IMG/VR virus record: IMGVR_UViG_3300037488_002148 | Location: 1-57,624 of that record | Length of the DNA: 57,624 nt | Source: a virus | Lineage: Duplodnaviria; Caudoviricetes | Strand: one strand, 5' to 3' | In this document: positions 1 through 9,720 of the stretch, in pieces | How the letters are laid out: each line of letters begins with the position of its first letter | How positions within the stretch are numbered: the stretch's first letter is position 1 | Position numbers and translations under genes: made by a program | The notes under the pieces: model-generated | The model's input: the letters and a program-made list of their open reading frames with translations, nothing else | Told to the model about the DNA's origin: nothing | Database searches by the model: none

Positions 1-198
1 CTTCCAGAGAACAAAATCATAACATTGGCTACCCCAAACACTAAAATTTTAGCACAATATAACGAATTTGTTATCGAACAACGTCAAAAAATGGAGCAAA
101 AACGAACGCTTAAAAAGAATTTTGGGTCTGAAGAAGCTAATGAAATGGCAGTTCAGATATTAAATGAGATTGACCCCAAGAAAAGTATAAAACACTAA
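1..198 (+). CDS. 3' end of hypothetical protein (partial)
   Basis: Frame 1 is open from base 1 to TAA at 196-198 (LPENKIITLATP...KSIKH); lies upstream of gp55. Confidence 0.7.
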   Translation, partial: LPENKIITLATPNTKILAQYNEFVIEQRQKMEQKRTLKKNFGSEEANEMAVQILNEIDPKKSIKH

Positions 199-366
199 AA
201 ATCACCTTTTATTTTATAATTAAATCAACATCTTACAAATGCACTTTTAACGAATTTGTGGGTATCAGACCTCAGAGCTGCCTTTAAAAATATCATTGCA
301 ATAGCTTTCATATTTTTAGCAGCCAATATTATTTTAAAAAAAGTTCTTGACAAGTGTATTTTTCTC

Positions 367-394
367 TTGACTTTTGCTTTTTTGTTGTTACAAT
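367..394 (+). promoter_or_regulatory. sigma70-like promoter in the long intergenic region
   Basis: TTGACT-N16-TACAAT. Confidence 0.5.
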
Positions 395-604
395 AGCGGT
401 GATCTGCGGAAAATGAGTCCTCATAAGAAGAACACTTAATAATCTTACGACTCTTCAATTCCTCAAAACAACCAAATAACATCAAAACAACTCAAGTGGC
501 AAACAAACGTCATTCATACTCTATATGAATAATTGTATCGAAAATCTAAATTACAATAATCAAAACTGTCCAATTATTAAACTTTATTATGATCGAAATA
601 ACAA

Positions 605-632
605 TTGACTTTAAATTCTAATTCTGTATAGT
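605..632 (+). promoter_or_regulatory. sigma70-like promoter for gp55
   Basis: TTGACT-N16-TATAGT, 36 nt before the ATG at 669. Confidence 0.6.
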
Positions 633-668
633 GAAAACATAGAGAGGGTTTATTAAACAATCTCTTAT

Positions 669-1289
669 ATGAAAAATTCAGAAACAAAAAATAAAATTGA
701 GAATTTTAAATTAAAACGCAAAAAGCAACCAAAAGAAAGAGAAAAAGCTAATTACATAAAAAATGCTGATTTTCTTGCTGAGATTATTGAGTATCGTAAA
801 CTTATGAAAGCTGCTGGCGGAGAAAGAGTGCCAGTACCAGATTCATTAGCAATTTATTTTTTGAAGTTAGCTCGAAATTTATCATCCAAAGGTAACTTCA
901 TTAATTATACATACAAAGAGGATATGGTAGCCGACGGCATTGAAAATTGTATTCAGTATGTCCATAATTTCAATCCAAAAAAGAGTAAGAATCCATTTTC
1001 ATATTTTACACAGATAATATATTATGCCTTTGTCAGACGAATTAAAAAAGAAAAGAAGCAGCTATATGTGAAGTATAAATCGTTTATGAACTCTGAACTG
1101 TCTGATAATGAAGAAATATTAAACATGATTCAGAAAAATGATGCACTAAAAGATTATAAACGCGAGTTTATTGATAGTTATGAGAAATCTATAGAAGCCG
1201 CTAAACAGAAAACTAAATCTAAGACTAAGAAAAAATCAAAAACCCTTGATTTATTTTTTGAATTGATAAGCGATGATAAATTGTTATAA
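669..1289 (+). CDS. gp55: T4-like late-transcription sigma factor
   Basis: NYIKNADFL, NFINYTYKEDMVADGIENC, NPFSYFTQIIYYAFVRRIKKEK; C-terminal clamp-binding-like TLDLFF. Confidence 0.95.
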   Translation: MKNSETKNKIENFKLKRKKQPKEREKANYIKNADFLAEIIEYRKLMKAAGGERVPVPDSLAIYFLKLARNLSSKGNFINYTYKEDMVADGIENCIQYVHNFNPKKSKNPFSYFTQIIYYAFVRRIKKEKKQLYVKYKSFMNSELSDNEEILNMIQKNDALKDYKREFIDSYEKSIEAAKQKTKSKTKKKSKTLDLFFELISDDKLL

Positions 1290-1915
1290 TGAAATTTCCA
1301 CCACATTTGAAATTTTATCAAAATAGTGTTGATATGGACGGTTTAGAAAAAATAACTCCAGAAAAAGTTGGAACTATCGTATGGAACTATGGTTCCAATT
1401 ATCAGATATCATCTAAAGAAGCGGCAGCGTCAGTTGTAAAAGAATTGCGTGATCGGTTTGAAGCTTCTATTATGATCAACGATAACAAAGAAGATATGAT
1501 AGTACAGTATATCAAAGAATATAGATCTGGCACTACATTAGAGTTAGTATCACAAAAGATTATCAATCTAATTGAAGTTGTTGTGGCTGATAACAGCGGA
1601 AAATTGTCAGATGCTTTTGATGAAATATTAAAAAAGTTTACCCCGCCAACGAGCATTCAGCCAGGTGCATCAATATTTCAGACTTTTGCCATTGATCAGA
1701 TTGGTGATGTCGCATATACATGTAAAGATAATACTTGGCTCATAACCGACGGGAGTTTTGTATCAGACCTTGATTACCCAGATTTATACGATTTTATTAA
1801 AAACTGTAATTGGGACCCTACATGGGGTGCTAGATTATCGATAACATCAGCTGCTGGACCAACTAAATTCAAATTACCAACGATTATTGGTGGTTGGATT
1901 AAAGCGAAAAACTAG
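1289..1915 (+). CDS. hypothetical protein with C-terminal phage tail-collar-like domain
   Basis: IGDVAY...WLITDGSFVS..DYPDLYDFI...FKLP..WIKA resembles the tail-collar consensus; coupled to gp55 by TAATG. Confidence 0.6.
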   Translation: MKFPPHLKFYQNSVDMDGLEKITPEKVGTIVWNYGSNYQISSKEAAASVVKELRDRFEASIMINDNKEDMIVQYIKEYRSGTTLELVSQKIINLIEVVVADNSGKLSDAFDEILKKFTPPTSIQPGASIFQTFAIDQIGDVAYTCKDNTWLITDGSFVSDLDYPDLYDFIKNCNWDPTWGARLSITSAAGPTKFKLPTIIGGWIKAKN

Positions 1916-1917
1916 AT

Positions 1918-2982
1918 ATGAAAATTGCCTTATTAACAGATACACACGCTGGAGCAAGAAACGATCAGCTTGTATTTAATAATTATTTTATAAAATTCTA
2001 TCAGGAAGTATTTTTTCCATATCTTGACAAGAACGGCATCGATACGATTATACATCTTGGGGATGTTTTTGATCGTCGAAAATATGTAAACTTCTATACA
2101 CTCAATTCTTGGCGAAAAAATGTATTTGAAGTATTAAATTCCCGATATAAGACGTTTATTATTACAGGCAATCACGATTGTTATCATAAAAATAATAATG
2201 ACATTAATAGTTTATCCGAACTTCTTGTGCCATATGAAAATATTTGTATAATAAATCGACCAATAACAATGGAATTTGATAATACAAATATCACATTTAT
2301 TCCATGGATAAGTCAAGACAACGAAGAAGCTTGTAAAACCAAGATGGAGAAAACCAAAGCTCAAATCGTAATGGGGCATTTTGATATCATTGGCTTTCAA
2401 ATGTATGAAGGTTTATTGAATTTTGATCAAGGATTTAAACCAGAAGTATTTCAAAAATTTGATATGGTACTTTCTGGACACTATCATCACAAATCGTCTT
2501 CTGATAACATACACTATCTTGGTGCTCCATATGAAATGGTTTGGAGCGATTATGAAGATCCAAAGGGGTTTCATGTTCTAGATACATCTACTCGTGAAGT
2601 CCAATTTGTGCAAAATCCTCTTCACATTTTCGAAAAGATAGTGTATGATGATACAAATAAAACGTATGAAGATTTGAACGTTCAATACAATCTTTCTAGA
2701 TATAAAGATTGTTATGTTAAAGTTGTTATCGAACAGAAAAATAATCAAAATCTTTTTGATCAATTTTTAGAATCTTTATACAAAGAAAATCCCGCTGATG
2801 TATCTATTATTGAAGCTATATTAGATTCAGATTTAAGCCCTGATAAGATAGATGAAACTAAAGATACTTTAACATTGTTGATTGACTATGTTGATGGGTT
2901 GAATATAGCGGAAGAGAATAAAGGTCCATTGATAGAATTGCTTAAAAATTTGTATATGGAGAGTCAGAATATCGATGTCTAA
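1918..2982 (+). CDS. gp47: recombination endonuclease subunit (Mre11/SbcD-like)
   Basis: DTHAG, GDVFD, GNHD, GHF, SGHYH metallophosphoesterase motifs; adjacent to gp46. Confidence 0.95.
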   Translation: MKIALLTDTHAGARNDQLVFNNYFIKFYQEVFFPYLDKNGIDTIIHLGDVFDRRKYVNFYTLNSWRKNVFEVLNSRYKTFIITGNHDCYHKNNNDINSLSELLVPYENICIINRPITMEFDNTNITFIPWISQDNEEACKTKMEKTKAQIVMGHFDIIGFQMYEGLLNFDQGFKPEVFQKFDMVLSGHYHHKSSSDNIHYLGAPYEMVWSDYEDPKGFHVLDTSTREVQFVQNPLHIFEKIVYDDTNKTYEDLNVQYNLSRYKDCYVKVVIEQKNNQNLFDQFLESLYKENPADVSIIEAILDSDLSPDKIDETKDTLTLLIDYVDGLNIAEENKGPLIELLKNLYMESQNIDV

Positions 2983-3154
2983 TAAAAAAACTATTAAAAA
3001 AGAAATATTGTTAGATTGGATACACTATAGAATGGAAGAAGTTGATGTACAACGTATGCAAGCGACACAACTTAGACAATTAGCATATTCATTTGATCTC
3101 GAAGGCTTTCTACACGCGCTAGTTGAGTTTGAAGAGTTTATACAAAAACAATAG
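2975..3154 (+). CDS. small hypothetical protein (59 aa, not in the ORF track)
   Basis: ATG 2975 to TAG 3154 (MSNKKTIKKEILLDWIHY...) fills the gp47-gp46 gap. Confidence 0.6.
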   Translation: MSNKKTIKKEILLDWIHYRMEEVDVQRMQATQLRQLAYSFDLEGFLHALVEFEEFIQKQ

Positions 3155-3157
3155 TTC

Positions 3158-4876
3158 ATGCTTAAGTTTCGAAAAGTTAAGTTTCGCAATTTTCTTTCGT
3201 ATGGTAACTCCTTTACCGAAATTTGGCTTGATTATAAACCAACCACGATATTAATTGGTGAATCTGGAAGTGGTAAAAGTACTGTTACCGATGCAATCTC
3301 ATTCGCTTTATTTGGAAAACCATTTAGACCTATCAATAAACCACAACTAGTCAATTCCATTAACAATGCTGATTGTGTGGTCGAAATCGAATTTGACGTT
3401 GGTACTAATCATTATTTAATCCGTCGAGGATTAAAACCCGCTATATTTGAAATCTATTGTAACGACGTACTTATAAATCAAGATAGCCATACAAAAGACT
3501 ATCAAGATTATCTTGAACGGTATATTGTTCATATGAACTATCGTACATTTTCACAGATTGTTGTGTTGGGTTCATCTAATTTCACCCCATTTATGCAGAT
3601 GAAAACGATAGATCGAAGAGCGTTAGTAGAAGATTTATTAGATATTCAAATATTTTCAACAATGTCTTTGTTATTGAAAGATAGAATTTCTGATATCAAA
3701 ACTAATATAACTCAAACCAATTTAGAAATACAGACACATAAAGAAAGAATACAACTATACAATCGATATATTGACGATTTAAAGAAGAATAAAGAACGTC
3801 AGATAGAAGATAACAATAAGAAAATTATTGAATCGGAAGTTGAAATTTCTAAAAATAATGAGATTATACAAAAATATAATGATAGTATATACAGTTTACA
3901 TCAATTAATCGTAGATGAACAGTCGGTGGTTTCTAAAATATCACAATACAGTAGCTTAGAAAAAGATATTGAGAATAATATCCGAAAGTTGAAGAAAGAG
4001 TTGGCATTCTATGAAACTACAGATACTTGTCCAACATGTCACAGAGACTTTGAACAGAGTTACAAAGAAGAAGTTATAAAAATTAGACAAAACAAACAAC
4101 AAGAATATCAGATAGGTATTGAAAAAATTCAAAAAGTTCTTGTGAAGATTGAAACTCGGCACGATGAAATTGATAAAATTAAAAATGAAATAGCACAGTT
4201 ACAGAATAAGATATCACAAGTACAGATACATATCAGCTCGACCATGCAATATCTTGATAAAATTCGTCAAGAAAATAAAGAAATAGATAGTAAACAGAAA
4301 GATACTACAGAAGAATTGAATAAATTAAAAGAACTTACAGATAAGTTATTGGAATTTGAAAAGAATCGAGAAGCATTGAGCCATAGTAAACTGATACACG
4401 AAATTGCAACGAACCTATTAAAAGATGGTGGTATCAAATCTAAGATAATTAAACAATATCTACCTATTATAAACAAGTTAGTTAATAGGTTTTTATCAGC
4501 CATGAATTTTTATGTCACGTTTAATATTGATGAAAATTTTAATGAAACGATTCGTGCAAGAGGTAGAGACGATTATACATACTCGTGCTTTAGTGAAGGC
4601 GAAAGACAGCGACTGGATATAGCTATATTATTAACTTGGCGAACTATTGCCATTATGAAAAACTCGATTAGAACTAACTTATTGTTTATAGATGAGTTAT
4701 TAGACTCAAGTTTAGATCAGATAGCTACAGAAAATATAATTGAATTGATTACAAATGAGCCAATATTAAAGAATTCTAATATTTTTGTTATTAGCCATAA
4801 GACGAATATGCTTGACAAATTCTCAGAATATATTAAATTCGAGAAACAGAAAAATTTTAGTAGGATAGTACCATGA
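3158..4876 (+). CDS. gp46: recombination ATPase (Rad50/SbcC-like)
   Basis: FRNFLSYGN, Walker A GESGSGKS, zinc hook CPTC, signature FSEGE, Walker B FIDE, ISH. Confidence 0.95.
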   Translation: MLKFRKVKFRNFLSYGNSFTEIWLDYKPTTILIGESGSGKSTVTDAISFALFGKPFRPINKPQLVNSINNADCVVEIEFDVGTNHYLIRRGLKPAIFEIYCNDVLINQDSHTKDYQDYLERYIVHMNYRTFSQIVVLGSSNFTPFMQMKTIDRRALVEDLLDIQIFSTMSLLLKDRISDIKTNITQTNLEIQTHKERIQLYNRYIDDLKKNKERQIEDNNKKIIESEVEISKNNEIIQKYNDSIYSLHQLIVDEQSVVSKISQYSSLEKDIENNIRKLKKELAFYETTDTCPTCHRDFEQSYKEEVIKIRQNKQQEYQIGIEKIQKVLVKIETRHDEIDKIKNEIAQLQNKISQVQIHISSTMQYLDKIRQENKEIDSKQKDTTEELNKLKELTDKLLEFEKNREALSHSKLIHEIATNLLKDGGIKSKIIKQYLPIINKLVNRFLSAMNFYVTFNIDENFNETIRARGRDDYTYSCFSEGERQRLDIAILLTWRTIAIMKNSIRTNLLFIDELLDSSLDQIATENIIELITNEPILKNSNIFVISHKTNMLDKFSEYIKFEKQKNFSRIVP

Positions 4877-5571
4877 CAGAATATATTAACGCATTTACCG
4901 GCAATGTCTTAAAACGTCCAAATATTTTTAGACGGTTGCGAAGAAAACTTCTTTCAGCGATTCGTGATTTGGTATCATATAGAAGAAAAGCTGCCAACGT
5001 TGTTGTGATACCGACACTAGCAAAAAGAGAGTATTGTGATCCATGTGAAAAGTTATTACATGTTAATTTTGCCATATTAACGGAGTTTGTTGAAGTTGAA
5101 TTAGCCTCATGGCAAACCTGGCAAATGACCATACCACAATTTCGAAAAAAGGGATTTTCGTATTGGGACATTTTCAAATATAAAGCTTTTGGTATAATTC
5201 ATTCTGAAAAACTTGGAAAAGAATATCTTGCTTGGGAAAAACGATTAAGGAAGACAAGTCCAGAACAGGCTAAATGCGCTGTTGAAAAGGAAAAATTATA
5301 TAATTGGTGGAAACACGAAAGACCGGCAAGAAAAGACTCTGGTGATGTTTGTGGCTTGACCGCCTTTTATGATAAAAATCGTTCGAGAATGTTTAAATCT
5401 AAGAAATTAGAAAATGGTTGTTATGAAATGTATGACGAATTAACACCCAAAGAAAGAAAACAATATCATAAACTCTTAGACAAATCTATTAAACTAGATG
5501 CGCTACGCGATAAGGAAGACATGGAAATGACGATTCGTCTTATTAAAATTCGACAGTCTATTTGGACGTAA
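4873..5571 (+). CDS. hypothetical phage protein
   Basis: 232-aa ORF with ATGA overlap on gp46. Confidence 0.75.
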   Translation: MTEYINAFTGNVLKRPNIFRRLRRKLLSAIRDLVSYRRKAANVVVIPTLAKREYCDPCEKLLHVNFAILTEFVEVELASWQTWQMTIPQFRKKGFSYWDIFKYKAFGIIHSEKLGKEYLAWEKRLRKTSPEQAKCAVEKEKLYNWWKHERPARKDSGDVCGLTAFYDKNRSRMFKSKKLENGCYEMYDELTPKERKQYHKLLDKSIKLDALRDKEDMEMTIRLIKIRQSIWT

Positions 5572-7158
5572 ATGAAAGTTAAACATTTTCATGAAAGAAA
5601 TCACGAACTTTTAAATCATCCTATTAATAAAAAATTTGAAGAAGTTTTATGGATGGGTGATAGCGAATTTCGTGTATTCATCAAAACGTTACGTAAAGTT
5701 ATAATCGATATATGGGATAATAAAAACACACCACCAAGAACAGCATACGATGAACCAGAGATAATTGAACAGTTCAATCAACTAATGGGATATCCTGTAC
5801 ACGAATTTGAGTGCGCAGATGAGAAAACAGGCCAGAGAGATTGTATAAGAAACATAGTTCGTCTGGGAACTACATGCGTTAATCAGTGGTTTCCCCACAT
5901 GCTTAAAACTCGTATATGCACCCAAGATTCAGGCCAAGGTACGTCAATATACGATTTCAATTCCAAAAAAGAATTTTTTGAATCTCATTATAAAGCTTTA
6001 TACAGAAATTTAAAAAAGGATAGTTTCTATCATTATTCATCAGTTGTTGAAAAAAATAATATTAAATTTGGCATTTTTGCTGATACAGCTAAAGAATGGA
6101 TAACAAAATTCGAGAATCGACAACGTCGATATAATACACATGATTATTTTATATCTGAAAAAGAACTTGACGAAGTTTATACGGGAAATAATTTAGACGT
6201 ACGAAATAAGATATTTGCTGAATTGTTAGAAGACGATCTACTTGAACTATTAGACATAATTCCAAAACCCTGTTTATCAAATATTGATGTTAATAAAATC
6301 AAGAACGGTAATAAAAAATATCAAATTCGTTATTTTCCACTGGGACAAAAATTGTTCCCAATGGCTTTTAAATCATGGAAAGTGTCGGTTATACAACAAC
6401 CAGTCAACTTTCCTGTCTTAACAGCCAAGTGGTTATACGAAAAATATACTGAAGAATTTAAGAATGATGATAAGATCTATGTGTGGGATTGTTCATCCGG
6501 CTGGGGAGGAAGAATTGTAGGAGCAATGGCTGCCCGTAATGATAGAAATATACACTATATCGGAAACGATCCAAATACCGACAATTGGTTAACACCTGAA
6601 TATTCGATATATGATGACCTAGCAAATTATTATAATGAAAATTCAAATCGTTTAAAATGTTTATTTCCACAGTCTAACACACACGAAGTCTACTGTCTCG
6701 GTTCTGAAGTAATGAAAGATGATATAAACTTTCAAAAATATAAGGGAAAACTTAGCATTGCTGGCACATCTTGTCCCTATTTCAACAGAGAACAGTATTC
6801 TGACGACGAAACACAATCATATCTAAAGTTTAAAACTTATAATGAATGGCGCGACGGTTTTTTAAGAACGACCCTTGAAACGATTAACGAATGGCTCCGC
6901 CCCGGTGGTTATTGTTGGTGGAATGTGGCAGATCTAAGAATGCCAGATGGTACGTATTTACCACTTGAGAAAGATTCATTTAATATTCTTTCAGAATTAG
7001 GAATGAAACATATAATAACATGGAAGATGTGTCTTCACTCCTTTCCAGGGGCAGGCCGAACCACCGACGATGGAGAATCGACCTTTAAAAACTATTGTAA
7101 AATCAATGGGAAGCTTGTTAAATATGAACCCATCATGGTTTTTCAGAAACTTATATAA
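5572..7158 (+). CDS. DNA amino-methyltransferase-like protein (N4-C/N6-A)
   Basis: SAM-binding WDCSSGWGGR, catalytic-like TSCPYFNREQY, LRPGG, YEPI. Confidence 0.8.
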   Translation: MKVKHFHERNHELLNHPINKKFEEVLWMGDSEFRVFIKTLRKVIIDIWDNKNTPPRTAYDEPEIIEQFNQLMGYPVHEFECADEKTGQRDCIRNIVRLGTTCVNQWFPHMLKTRICTQDSGQGTSIYDFNSKKEFFESHYKALYRNLKKDSFYHYSSVVEKNNIKFGIFADTAKEWITKFENRQRRYNTHDYFISEKELDEVYTGNNLDVRNKIFAELLEDDLLELLDIIPKPCLSNIDVNKIKNGNKKYQIRYFPLGQKLFPMAFKSWKVSVIQQPVNFPVLTAKWLYEKYTEEFKNDDKIYVWDCSSGWGGRIVGAMAARNDRNIHYIGNDPNTDNWLTPEYSIYDDLANYYNENSNRLKCLFPQSNTHEVYCLGSEVMKDDINFQKYKGKLSIAGTSCPYFNREQYSDDETQSYLKFKTYNEWRDGFLRTTLETINEWLRPGGYCWWNVADLRMPDGTYLPLEKDSFNILSELGMKHIITWKMCLHSFPGAGRTTDDGESTFKNYCKINGKLVKYEPIMVFQKLI

Positions 7159-7187
7159 CCAATTGATATAATTACATAACAAATATA

Positions 7188-7216
7188 TTGCTTTTTGGCC
7201 TGTACTCTGCTATCAT
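7188..7216 (+). promoter_or_regulatory. sigma70-like promoter, probably leaderless mRNA
   Basis: TTGCTT-N17-TATCAT with TGn extension; ATG 7 nt downstream and no SD. Confidence 0.5.
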
Positions 7217-7222
7217 TATGAT

Positions 7223-9337
7223 ATGGGTCAAGTGAAAATAAATTATATAGCGAAAGAAATTTTAGCTAAACTTATTGCACAAGAAAATCTAACAATAGAA
7301 CACCGAAAAATCAAAACCGCCGGTTTCGATGTTCAAAATCGGGTTTTAATACTTCCAATATATAAGAATGTAAGCGAAAATATATACGATTTATTCATAG
7401 GCCACGAATGTTCTCACGCGCTTAATACTCCTAGTAATTTATTGGATATTATAAAGGAAAAACTTAAGGTTTGTCCAGAATATAAAACTGTCATTAATAT
7501 ATTAGAAGATGCTAGGATTGAAAAAATAATTAAAAGAAAACTGCCCGGCTTGGCTAAATCATTCTTTTATGCATACCGAGAACTGTTTCAGCAAGATTTT
7601 TTTGGTATTAATGGTAAAAATGTAGCAGATCTTCATTTATTAGATCGAATAAATTTACATTTTAAGGTTGGTATCTGCGGAAATATTAAAATAAGTTTTG
7701 ACGATAAAGAAAAATCCATTGTAGACGAACTTGCTGCGGCTGAAACGTTTGAACAAATTATCAAAATTGCAGATAAAATAGTCGATGAATATGGAGAAAC
7801 TACTAACGTTATATCCGAATCTGATTTAAATTCTGATGAAAACGTTGAACAAAAACAATCCAAAGAACAAAATGGTAATGAAAATCAAAATTTAAGTGAA
7901 CAAAATGGTGATTCGCGGGATAGTAAACAAGAGCCAGACAAAAAATGTAAAAACTCAAAAGATCAAAACCAATTGAATAAAATGGGAGAAACCTATAACA
8001 ACGAACAGAAAAATTACGAAAAATTTAAAGACGAATCTCCATCATATAATCAGATAAATGAATATGTTAACATACCAGATATAACCAAAATTCGTCTAGA
8101 TAAAGTTATCATAGATTATAAAAAAGTACATCAGAAAATTTCTAATTATTATTCAACCAAACAGGATTTGATAGCGAGTGCGAAGAGTAAATACAACGAA
8201 TTTAGAATAAAAAATTCTCCAATCATTTCATATTTGGTAAAGGAATTTGAACTTAAAAAATCAGCCGACGAATATTCAAGAATCAAAACATCTAAAACAG
8301 GATTTTTAGACACAAATAAAATACATTCTTACATGTACAGCGAAGACGTATTTCTTAAAAAAGATACTATACAGGAAGGTAAGAACCATGGTTTGGTTAT
8401 GTTTTTAGATTGTTCAGATAGTATGAATGTAAATATGGCTGATACATATGAACAGCTTTTAATTTTAGTATCATTCTGTCAAAAAATTAATATACCATTT
8501 GTAGTCTATGGGTTTGCCGATAAAAATGCTGGTTATTCTGGTTCATCCATACCAGCAAAATGTATTGCCGCTAAACAAAATGATATGGTAATAGAGGATT
8601 TCGTTTTAAAAGAATATTTTTCAAATGAGATGTCAAGTATTGAATTTAATAATGCATGTGTAAACATACAAATGCTAATCAACCAATATCGAAACGTGTC
8701 GGCTTATTCTTCATTTTATTCATATGATTTACCCGAATCTGAAAGACTTACGAGCACCCCATTAAATTCAACTATATTATGTGCGACAAAGATAGTAACA
8801 GATTTTAAAAAAACATACAATTTGCAGAAAATTACAACAATATTTTTGACAGACGGAGAAAGCAATTCATCCTATAAATACGGTGAAAATTTAGTAGTAA
8901 AAGCTCTATACAATTCTAATAATGTTGTGTTTCGTAATCCAAAAAATAAAAAAGAATATAAATCTCAAGATGAAATGTTAAAACATACCTCGTGTTTATA
9001 TAATTGTTTTCGTGATATAACATCTTCTAAAGTAGTTGGTTTTTATTTAGAAAAACATACAACAAACATCACAAGTCTATTAACAACGGTCGTAGATCAA
9101 CAAAAAATACACAAAGAAAATAAAAAAGATTTAAGCCACGTTCTAGAAAAGTGTTTTGGTTATGACCAATTATATGTTATTAACACAAAAGAACTGCATA
9201 TTAGAGATGAAGAAATTGCGTTTGACACCAAAAAAACACCAACCAGCCAGAAGATTGCAAAGATTTTTACAAAAGTTTTAAAAAATAGACTGAAAAATAG
9301 AATTATTCTATCAAAGTTTATTGAACAAATTGCTTAA
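7223..9337 (+). CDS. CobT-like protein with HExxH metallopeptidase and vWA domains
   Basis: GHECSH, NILEDARIEK; MIDAS DCSDS, TPL, LTDGE; next to a MoxR ATPase. Confidence 0.85.
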   Translation: MGQVKINYIAKEILAKLIAQENLTIEHRKIKTAGFDVQNRVLILPIYKNVSENIYDLFIGHECSHALNTPSNLLDIIKEKLKVCPEYKTVINILEDARIEKIIKRKLPGLAKSFFYAYRELFQQDFFGINGKNVADLHLLDRINLHFKVGICGNIKISFDDKEKSIVDELAAAETFEQIIKIADKIVDEYGETTNVISESDLNSDENVEQKQSKEQNGNENQNLSEQNGDSRDSKQEPDKKCKNSKDQNQLNKMGETYNNEQKNYEKFKDESPSYNQINEYVNIPDITKIRLDKVIIDYKKVHQKISNYYSTKQDLIASAKSKYNEFRIKNSPIISYLVKEFELKKSADEYSRIKTSKTGFLDTNKIHSYMYSEDVFLKKDTIQEGKNHGLVMFLDCSDSMNVNMADTYEQLLILVSFCQKINIPFVVYGFADKNAGYSGSSIPAKCIAAKQNDMVIEDFVLKEYFSNEMSSIEFNNACVNIQMLINQYRNVSAYSSFYSYDLPESERLTSTPLNSTILCATKIVTDFKKTYNLQKITTIFLTDGESNSSYKYGENLVVKALYNSNNVVFRNPKNKKEYKSQDEMLKHTSCLYNCFRDITSSKVVGFYLEKHTTNITSLLTTVVDQQKIHKENKKDLSHVLEKCFGYDQLYVINTKELHIRDEEIAFDTKKTPTSQKIAKIFTKVLKNRLKNRIILSKFIEQIA

Positions 9338-9361
9338 TTTTTTATTATAGGAGAATATAAT

Positions 9362-9652
9362 ATGGCTACACTGACTAAAAATTTAACGAATGAACAGAAA
9401 ACGTTTGTTGATTTGCTTGTTAAAAACTACGGCCCGGTCGTATCTCGCAAGCAAATTATCGAATGTGCTACGATCAATACACTACCTTTTCCTTGGTGGT
9501 TATTGCGCCAGCCGTTCAAGTCTTATAGAACTAGTAGAGGAAATTATAACCTTGAAAGTATTTTAGCTGCTGATGTTACGTTAACAAATAACGATAATTC
9601 AACGCAACCACAGGTTGTTGCATCTACACCAGCGGTTAACGTTTCTTTGTGA
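9362..9652 (+). CDS. small protein resembling the N-terminal domain of the downstream ATPase
   Basis: Strong AGGAG SD; LTNEQKTFV...VVSRKQII...RGNYNL. Confidence 0.75.
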   Translation: MATLTKNLTNEQKTFVDLLVKNYGPVVSRKQIIECATINTLPFPWWLLRQPFKSYRTSRGNYNLESILAADVTLTNNDNSTQPQVVASTPAVNVSL

Positions 9653-9659
9653 TTAAGGG

Positions 9660-9688
9660 TTGACATTAAGTCCACTTTTTGTTAAAAT
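9660..9688 (+). promoter_or_regulatory. sigma70-like promoter
   Basis: TTGACA-N17-TAAAAT with TGn. Confidence 0.7.
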
Positions 9689-9720
9689 GTGATTATATAA
9701 TGAATAAGTGAGTGTTTAAA

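Noticed and set aside
225-485. 86-aa minus-strand ORF in the intergenic gap
   Set aside because: No SD or recognisable motif, and it overlaps promoter elements; probably chance
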